A stretch of 59,859 nucleotides of DNA, the filler included, from Squatina squatina (lineage: Eukaryota): the NCBI GenBank assembly GCA_031763465.1. It is 4 parts of 4 records of this genome, joined end to end, with 100 filler letters (N's around TTAATTAATTAA, not from the genome) between each part and the next. Parts side by side here need not be neighbours in the genome. Positions count along the whole stretch, not along the records: positions 45,206 to 59,859 come from JARFOE010000194.1; 3 more parts are not named here. One strand, 5' to 3'. The notes under the pieces were generated by a model, which searched no databases, was not told where the DNA came from, and saw only the letters and a list, made by a program, of their open reading frames with translations. Both the position numbers and the translations under genes were made by a program. Positions 50,821-59,859 of this stretch are shown here, piece after piece; position 1 is the first letter of the stretch; every line of letters starts with the position of its first letter.

Positions 50821-51974
50821 ATGTTTGGGAAGAGTGTCTCTGCCCAGTTTCCACTGGTTCCATCAGAATAAAGCAGTGTTTGCCTGGCATGGTTCTCATC
50901 AACAGCTGAGCAGAATACAGGATAAACCCATTAATTGTTGTTCTGCGATCAGCATTCCTGACTCTTCACTTTAACTGCTGTTCTGTCTTCCCCATCCTTT
51001 TTGTTTTGTTTAGTTCTATAATGCTTTTTCCTTATCTACTAGTTTCCAATTCTGATGAAGGGTTCATATCCAAAGCATAACCTCACATTTCTGTTCTTCA
51101 GATTCCTATAAACCAACATTTTCTGTTTCTAGTTCCGAGCCCTCCTTGGTATTGACTTAAGTGCTGGCAGTCCAACAATCCAAGTCAATGCTCCACTACA
51201 TTTTATTATATTTGTAATAAATCTAAAATCAGTGACTTTTATCGTGTGTGTGTGTGGGGTTGNNNNNNNNNNNNNNNNNNNNNNNNNNNNNNNNNNNNNN
51301 NNNNNNNNNNNNNNNNNNNNNNNNNNNNNNNNNNNNNNNNNNNNNNNNNNNNNNNNNNNNNNATATGTCAGGATTACAGTTGTATTCGATCAGAAGCCTT
51401 CTTCGTGTCTTATGACCTACTTAGCTGTAAAGATTTATGTGCCTGTCTGCAGTTGCAGTTTCATCTTGCTAAAAAGGAAAGCAGTGTGAAGATTACCTAT
51501 CCTCAGGTTTTCTATTCCCTATATGGTAGTTTTCGAAGGAAAAACACCTGCAAAAGTCTTCCTAAACCAGATATATAATTAACTATAAATTGTGTTATTA
51601 GATGAGCAACAGTATTATGTCATTAAAGCTGTCTGTTTTCCAGTCTGATAGGCAGAACTTAAAATATATGTGCAGACTTATTAAAAGTTATGGTAGTGAA
51701 GATTTTTGAAGGACAGTGGGAGGCTTAAAAGCAGGTACGATGGGCTGAAAGTGTACAATAATTAAATGTGTTTCAGCACATTATGGACTATGACATGTAC
51801 ATGGAAGGCAGGTGAACACTATTTCCCCGCCTCCCCATCCCTACACTGAGCGGAGAGCTTCAACCTCTTCCCCTTCCCCTCACCTCACCCCCCACACCCC
51901 GGCAGTGTAGGGTTCTGATACACCCTCCTCCCCGTGATATCTCACCTTCTGGATTGAGGAGACCCGTGTTAGAA

Positions 51975-52232
51975 TTCCCCATTTTAATTGCTCCACCATT
52001 GGCGGCCGTGCTTTCAGCTGCCAAGGCCCGAAGCTCTGGCATTTTCTCCCTAAACCTCTCCTGCTTTTAAGGTACTTTTTAAAACCTACTTCTTTGACCA
52101 AGCTTTTAGGGTCGCCTGTCCTAATATCGCCTTATATGGCTCATGTCAAATCTGTTCCGATAACACTCCTGTGAAGCACCTTGGGATGTTTTACTACATT
52201 AAAGGTGCTATATAAATACAAGTTGTTGCTGT
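51975..52232 (+). mobile_element. L2 LINE 3' end
   Basis: GGRAFSCQGPKLW..LKTYFFDQAF followed by gggatgttttactacattaaaggtgctatataaatacaagttgttg. Confidence 0.88.
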
Positions 52233-53044
52233 TGCAACTGTCGTGGCATAAGATGAAGCTAATTGCTAGCTGGATCCTTGTCTGCTTATCCTTAGATAAT
52301 CCCACCCCTTTACTTCATTATTAGTATTGGATTTGAAACCAGTGTATCTTATTTATATATAACTAGTTGATTTAGCATAATGCCACACATGGAGAGTCAG
52401 GAGAAAATGCAGTGTTCAGCTTGGGGACAGGAAGATAATTGGACTGAGATGCAGGCAGGACTGTGACACTGCAGACTTGAAGAGGTCAGAGCAGACTGGT
52501 AAAGTAGGATTAGAAGGTAGAGAATGAATGCAAAAGGAGGGTTAGAGGCCAGGACAGAAAGTTAAATGACAGCACCCCAGGGCAGTCCGAGGGGACTGGA
52601 GCAAACAAGAAGTATTTATTTGCAGAAGCTGTGTGTGATATTTTCTGTTTACGAGAAACATCGAGGTCTTTCAAAATGTTTTTGTGTCAATAGCGCAAAA
52701 TAACAAATTGGTTCTTTTTAGTGGAACACAGTTGACTAGAAGATCTCTGGAAAAGTTAGTTCTTACTGTCCAGAAAGTGCCACTCTTCCTCAAAAAATGT
52801 TACGAGACTCTACTTTGCACCCTCATATTGAGACTTCGTGGAGGTGTTGCTGAAGGAAGAGTATGTTGGCTGAATGCTTGAATGGAATCTCTTCTGGCAA
52901 GAGAGTACAGCATGGTCAGTAAAATACAGCAAGAAAGAACTACCAGGGGCTAGGCAAGTAGGATTATGTTAATAGATGAGAAAAGGAGCTGGATTTTGGA
53001 TAAAGGTTGCTGAAGAAGGTGTAACCAGGCCAAGGAACCTGGTC

Positions 53045-53141
53045 TACAAACAAAAAAAATTGCTGGAAAAACTCAGAAGGTCAGGCAGCATCTTTGGAGA
53101 GAGAAACAGGGTTAATGATTCAGTTCGATGACCCTTGGTCA
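53045..53141 (-). mobile_element. Short Penelope-like terminal-repeat element (degenerate)
   Basis: Reverse complement of the 38116-38205 family. Confidence 0.65.
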
Positions 53142-53937
53142 NNNNNNNNNNNNNNNNNNNNNNNNNNNNNNNNNNNNNNNNNNNNNNNNNNNNNNNNNNN
53201 NNNNNNNNNNNNNNNNNNNNNNNNNNNNNNNNNNNNNNNNNATACTTCTTTGCCTGATCTCATTCCTAGAGATGTTACCCAAGAATCACACTGGCCAATT
53301 TATTCTGCAAACAAAGAAATCACGTTAATTGGTGCTTACTGCCAGTAAATCTTAGCAGACACTCATTCTACAAAATGACAACCTATGGTTAGAAGTAGGT
53401 CCAAGCCTGGACCTCGGGAGTGAATCAGATGCAAGCTGAAACCTGAGAAGCAAATCAAAGGCATGAAGCAGAAATGACCCTTGACCCAGGGAGTGCATCA
53501 CAAATACTGAGTCTGGGGAATTGGAAAAGGCCTAATATTGAGGTCAGGTCTTTAAAACAGGAAGGTTGGAAGCACTCAAAGTATGCTGGAAGTTGCAAGA
53601 GAACAGGAGAATGAGACTGGGAGCCCAGGAATGGGTTTACTTTGGCCCAGGAGTGGAAAGGCTAGGTCCAGCACTGGTCCAGGGGCAGACAGGCTGTGTG
53701 CAGGTTTGATTGGCATCTTTGCTGGTAGTTGCTATATCTGATATTGTGACAGATCTACCAGGAATTTCCTTGGTGGTTCTACTGATTGGTCACCGTAACT
53801 TTGGTGGAAGATCGGTCGTACCTCCATTTATGTGTCTACCTAAGGTTTTTAATCATCTATCTAAGATTTTTACTCATCTACCAGGTTGCTCAAATGTGAC
53901 ACTCACAGGAATACTCAAAACACACACAATACTCAAG

Positions 53938-55400
53938 ATCATAGAATCAGAGAAATGTGGAATCTCGCAGCACAGGAAGTAGTCATTTGGCTCGTTGTGC
54001 CTTTGCCAGCTTTTTGAAAGAGTTGTCCAACTTAGTCCCACACCCCAGTTTTATCCCCATAACCCTGAAAATGAGTTCTCTTCAATACATGTCCAATTGC
54101 CTTTAAAAGTTCCAGGGGAATCTGATTCCAGCACCCTTTCAGGTAGTGCGTTCCAGATCTTAATCCTTTGTGTGGAAAAAAAGTGTGTCTTCATTTCCCC
54201 TCTAGTTCTTTTGCCAATTATTTTAAATCTATGACCTCTGGTTACCGACCCACTTGCCCCAAAACCACTCATAACTTTGAATGCTTCTATTAAATCTCCC
54301 CTTGCCTTCTCTACTTTAAGGAGAACAATCCCATCTTCTCCAATTTCTCCACATAACTGAAAGTCCCTCATCCCTGCTAGCATCCTGATAAACCTCCTCT
54401 ATACCATTTCCAAGGTCTTGCCATCTTTCCTAAAGTGTGGTGCGCGGAATTATACACAATACTCCAGCTGAAGTCTAACCAGTCATTTGTAAAAGTTTTG
54501 CACGACTTCCCTGTTTTTGTATTCAATGCCCTTAATTACAAAGCCATGTATCCCACACACTTCCTTAACTGTCTTATCAACATGCCCTGCCACGTTCCAG
54601 GTCCATCTGCTCTTGTACCATCTTCAAAATAGTACCATTTAGATTATACTGCTTCTCCCAAATTGCACCACTTCACACTTATCCGCATTAAATTGCATCT
54701 GCGATGTGTCTGCCCATTTCACCAGTCTTGTCTATGTCCTCCTGAAATATGCTACTATACTCTTCGCTATTTACTCTGTTGTCAGGTTTTGTATCATCCA
54801 CAAACTTTGAAATTGTACTTCCTAAACGCAAGTCCAGGTCCTTTTATATATAACAAGAAAAGCAATGGTCCTAATATCTGCCCTCTGGAGGACTCCACTG
54901 CATAATTCCCTCCAGTCAGAAAGACATCTGCTTAGCATTACAGAAACAAAATACTGCTGGAATCTAGAATACAAACAAAAACTGCTGGAAAAACTCAGCA
55001 GGTCAGGCAGCATCTGTGGGGAGAAAAACAGAGTCAACGTTTCGGGTCGATCAAAAGGGTCATCTGTTTATCATTACTCTGTATCCAAGTTGCCACCATC
55101 CCATTGGTAACATTTCCTGTATTTTCTGAGTGAATCTGTTATCTGATACTTTATCAAATGCCTTTTGAAAGTCCATGTATACAGCATTTACTGCCCTACT
55201 TTCATCAAGCCCCTCTTTTACTTGATCAAAGAACTCAATCAGGTTAGTCAGACATGATTTGCCTTCAACAAACCCAGGCTGGCTGTCCCTTATTAACTCA
55301 TGCTTCTCCAAGAATGAATTTTGTCCCTGACAATGGTCTCTAGTAGTTTTCCCAACACTGATGTGAGACTGATTGCCCTGTAGTTACCAGGTTTATCCCT
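53938..55400 (-). mobile_element. Degraded CR1 LINE (RT to 3' tail), interrupted at 54942-55060
   Basis: KSCLTNLIEFF..VYMDFQKAFDKV; GDLIEAFKVM..TRGHRFKI; tail at 53938. Confidence 0.9.
54942..55060 (-). mobile_element. Short Penelope-like element nested in CR1
   Basis: Same family as 38116; flanked by a 17-bp imperfect direct repeat. Confidence 0.75.
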
Positions 55401-56814
55401 TGTTCCAATATCTCAACTGTGGAAAGCATCAGACATCAGTGCTGCAGAATTTACTTAGCTAAGCTTGTCCTTGAAGTTTCGTATACTTTGTTTGAAAGAC
55501 GTTTAGTCAAAATTATTTTAGAACCTCATAAATCACTTGAATTTACACCCATCCTAAAAAAAACCTATATATTAAAAAGAAAATTTCTTCAAAATCTGAA
55601 GTACATTTGGAAAAAGACATTTTGCGTAGATTTACTGGTTCAATGGACCTGTGAAATAAATTGAGGTGCTGTTTCCCTTTTGAACATTGTTCATTTCCTA
55701 GGAGCTACTGTTTCACAAATCCAGATTAGATGAGTAATATTGAATCACTCTCTAGTTCAACTTGTGTTGCTGATTAACAGAGAATTTGATCAGGTGGATA
55801 AAGGATACACTGGAAGGCACCATTCCCATGGGGAGGTATGTCCTGAAAACCTGCTCAGTATAAATCATCATGTGGTGCATCATGACTGCATAGGACAGTA
55901 TGACTTACATAAAGGAGGACATTATATTTTGGCTGAATATATTTTTTTTCTCTTGGATTCGACCAGTTGATAAAGCATGCGTTGAACCAGCTTTATTTGA
56001 CATCAGCCCTCCCTTTAGTCCATGATAGCTAATGGAATGTGTTAGGTAAAGAGGACTATCAGCAAGGGGAAGCTGCACTTGTCATGAAGGTAGTGAGGGA
56101 GGAAGTGGCAGGCTGAAGGATTTGAAATGTCTAGGAGCTCAACTGGTAAGTAAATTTGCAGATAAGATTCGACAGCCCTTGGAACATGAAATCANNNNNN
56201 NNNNNNNNNNNNNNNNNNNNNNNNNNNNNNNNNNNNNNNNNNNNNNNNNNNNNNNNNNNNNNNNNNNNNNNNNNNNNNNNNNNNNNNNNNNNNNTATTTG
56301 TTTTCTTGCAAGGGTACTCTTTGCTAATCGTGTTCAACAAAATCGTAGCTCTTATCTTAACAGAGCTTGCATAAATATTGCTTTAAAACAAAATGAGCCA
56401 TGTTTTCAACTCTGATACATGCTGATTTGAGGTAGCTGATAATTAGCAATCACAGAGTTTTTCATTTAGTTTTTATTATGTTCTCCAGTTACATCTACAG
56501 GTGAATATACTGTGTAATCAGTCACATTGCAGAAACATTGGTTATTTGCAGCTAGATTTTTTTTTTCTAAAATTTTCCCCCACTCAACTTTCCAAAAGGT
56601 GTTGACTTGTGCTTGGCTGCCATCTTATAGGTGCTGATTGTGTTCTGGTACCTTACCCATGTGGCTATTGAAATGCGAGTCCAAAAAATGATGGTTTCAC
56701 CCAACATTTACCTAGATTCCTTTCACAGTAGGAGTTGCTGCAGTAAGACACCTGGCTGATTTTGTTTCCCCCTTTTTTTTTCTATGTTTCCCTTTTCTAT
56801 GGCCTGGGTTGCTG

Positions 56815-56940
56815 AGGGCAGCTGCAGCACCTGTGCCACCCTTCTGGCTTAAGATTAGCTAACTTCGCACAGACTGGGAATTGAAAAGTAAACCTTCCTA
56901 GTCTGTATGATTGAGTTCTGCAGCGTCAAGCGAGCCACGA
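56815..56940 (-). mobile_element. Degenerate tRNA-derived SINE head (MER131-like)
   Basis: Minus-strand catacagactaggaaggtt..ttcaattcccagtctgtgcgaagttagct. Family name from recall only. Confidence 0.4.
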
Positions 56941-58556
56941 GTGGAACTGGACTGGTAGAAATTTAATGCAATATGATGTTTGCCTTTTTAAAAAAAAAAA
57001 TCAAAGAATGTCGCCTCTCTTGAATTTCAGTAAAGCAGGTGGAAATTTGCTTGCAAACTATCTGATGGACAGCTGGAATATTGCCAGGTGCTTAAAGTTC
57101 AAAATTTTAAAAGTTGAATTGAAATGCAGTCTCGAAGTAGTGTCAGAGCACAATGCATTAATAATCCCTTAACAGCTGGCCCCAAGTGGGCCTAATTACC
57201 TTGTAATAGTTTTGCGAAGCANNNNNNNNNNNNNNNNNNNNNNNNNNNNNNNNNNNNNNNNNNNNNNNNNNNNNNNNNNNNNNNNNNNNNNNNNNNNNNN
57301 NNNNNNNNNNNNNNNNNNNNNTGTTCAAGGGATCATGCGAGTTCTGCGACAAGTCCACATTCTGCTGCTGCAGCCTCCACTGACAGCACCGCATAAGCTC
57401 TGCTGCGCAAGTAGAAAAAGGTGCATGTTGAAGCATGTTGGTGCACAGTCAGCGAATGTGTGCAAAAGTTTGTTTGTGCCCGTTCTGTTATTTAAAAGCC
57501 TTCCAATGAGTGGAGGAGCCATTCTTGATCTGATCACGTAATGGTTTATTTATACATTTCCACCGCTGAAGGTTTTATGATTAGACAGCAACCTGCAGAC
57601 ACGGTTAATTGCACAAAAGGCCATCATTCACTGGCATGGAGATCAGATTATAATGCAAACTTCCTCAGGGAAGCAGATACAGTTCCAATTAGAGGACAGA
57701 TTTATTTTTATTGTGAAGGGCTACAGCACCATTATATTCAGTGCTACTGTAAAAGCTATTTGTAAACCAGACGGCAAGGAAGACCACTTAATGTTGCCAA
57801 GTGGGGGAATGACAATGGTGTAACCTGGCTTTGAATTGTGTCTGTCAATGCCCAGCTTGTGTTTTCACCTACACAACATGAAATTGGATTGCCTTTCTGG
57901 AAACAAATTTAATTATGCAAGAGAAATAATCAGCAGTTTCATATTTTTGCAGTTTCTGCTTTGTCTCTATGGCCCCTCTCCCCACCACAATTGACCAGGA
58001 ATGAATACACTAATGGCACAAAAGTGAAAATAAATAACTCTTCTGTGCTGAGTCATAGAGGTACTGGAAAATGCGTACTGTTGTGTTGAAGCACTGTAGA
58101 TAGAACTGCTGGTCTTTCGTATCAGGTGTTATCAGTATGTAATGTGTCTGCGTGATAAACAAATCTTCTCTAACATCGTAGTTGTGTATACATTTAATAA
58201 AACTCTCCAGGTTTCTTTGGGGTTTTGGGGAATTTTTTTTTCCATTCCTTTTTTTCCTGATCCCCTGGGCCACTTCCCGCAGATGGTTGTTCCCCCCTAA
58301 TTCCTTCTACCCTGTTGCTACTTTTTAACTTGACAATATTTGCCTGGGGTACTGTATTATGGGAGGAGGGATGATGAGCATCAAGCATCTACTGTAAACA
58401 CTGCACTATTTTCAAGCTTCCTAAGTTGTCACTTATTTCTTTTGATACGGCCCGATTTTATTCCTGTTGGTGGAATGATGTTGCTCCTATTTAACCCATC
58501 TGTTCTTTCTGTTACTTGGTTTGCTCGTATCCATCTGCATTAAAATGGTCCACACA

Positions 58557-59859
58557 ATCATAGAACTTTGCGGCACAGATGAGGCCATTCGGCCCATCGT
58601 GTTTGTGTCGGCCGAAAAAGAGCTATCCAGCCTAATCCCATTTTCCAGCTCGTGATCCGAAGTCCTGTAGGTTACGGCACTTCAAGTGCATATCCAAGTA
58701 ATTTTTAAATGCATTGAGGGTTTCTGCCTCAACCACCTTTTCAGGCAGTGAGTTCCAGACCCCCAACACACTCTAGGTGAAAAAAGTTTTCCTCTGCTTT
58801 CCTTTAATCCTTCTACCAACTACTTTAAATCTGTGCCCCTGGTTATTGACCTCTCTGCTAAGGGAAATAGATCCTTCCTATCCACTCTATCGAAGCACCT
58901 CACAATTTTATACACCTCAATTAAGTCTCCCCTCAGCCTCCTCTGTTCCAAAGAAAACAACTCCAGCTTATTCAATCTTTCCTCATCGCTAAAATTCTCC
59001 AGTCCAGGCAACATCCTCGTAAGTCTCCTCTGTACCCTCTCTAGTGCAATTACATCTTTCCTGTAATGCGGTGGCCAGAACTGTATGCAGCATTCTATCT
59101 GTGGCCTAATTAGTTTTTNNNNNNNNNNCGCTAAAATTCTCCAGTTAAGGCAATATCCTCGTAAATACCCGTGTACCCTCTCCAGTGCAATCACATCCTT
59201 CCTGTAACATGACCAGATCTGCACGCAGTACTCCAGCTGTGGCCTAACCAGTGTTTTATGCAGTTCAAGCACCACTTCCCCGCTCTTATATTCTATGCCT
59301 CGGCTAATAAAGGCGAGCATTCCGTGTGCCTTCTCAATCACCTTATCTACCTGTCCTGCTACCTTCAGGGATCTGCGGACATGCACTCCAAGGTCCCTCT
59401 GTTCCTCTACACTTCTCAGTATCCGACCATTTATTGTGTATTCCCTTGTCATGTTCGCATTATCTCACACTTCTCAGGATTGAATTCCATTTGCCACTTT
59501 TCTGCCCACCTGACCAGTCCATTGATATCTTCCTGAAGTCTACAGCTTTCTTCCTCACTACCACGAGGTCAATTTTTGTATTAACTTCAAACATCGTAAT
59601 CATGCTCCCTACATTGAAATCTAAATCATTGATATATACCGCAAAAAGGAAGGGACCTAATACTGAGCCCTGCGGAACTCCACTGGAAATAGCCTTCCAG
59701 TCACAAAAACACCCGTCGACCATTACCTTTCGCTTTCTGCCACTGAGCCAATTTTGGATCCAGCTTGCCATTTTCCCTTGGATCCCATGGGCTTTTACTT
59801 TTGTGACCAGCCTGCCATGTGGGGCCTTATCAAACTCCTTGCTAAAATCCATGTAGACT
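58557..59859 (-). mobile_element. CR1 LINE ORF2 3' portion (two overlapping copies at a 10-N join)
   Basis: MDFSKEFDKAPH..SGVPQGSVLGP..YINDLD; RDLGVHV..LVRPQLEYCVQ..RRLRGDLIEVYKI; tail near 58557. Confidence 0.96.

Noticed and set aside
58985-59250. Internal duplication in CR1 ORF2
   Set aside because: It straddles a 10-N join and the copies diverge; probably two different CR1 copies merged in assembly.

Overview
This is vertebrate nuclear DNA, very probably from a cartilaginous fish (inferred from shark-type CR1/L2/SacSINE1-like repeats), in a heavily fragmented draft assembly. Three identical artificial linkers (N44-TTAATTAATTAA-N44 at 18421-18520, 31724-31823, 45106-45205) split the window into four segments. 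Each segment consists of short contigs joined mostly by placeholder 100-N gaps, so distances are not real. Segment 1 holds four minus-strand THSD4 exons, two minus-strand LRRC49 exons and the plus-strand terminal exon of LARP6, in the same order and orientation as the human cluster. Segment 4 holds an LDLRAD3 exon. Segments 2 and 3 have no gene I can name, only a few candidate exons. The rest is repeats: CR1, L2, Deu-type SINEs, Penelope-like remnants, Harbinger and pogo/Tigger fossils, MITEs and minisatellites. The THSD4 and LDLRAD3 exons and the pogo/Tigger motifs are absent from or misread in the ORF track and were found by reading the sequence. I see no convincing new biological system. 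The most interesting signal is a family of short Penelope-derived elements with a minimal hammerhead-ribozyme-like motif, one copy inserted into a CR1 with an apparent target-site duplication. All homology calls are from recall; no searches were run.
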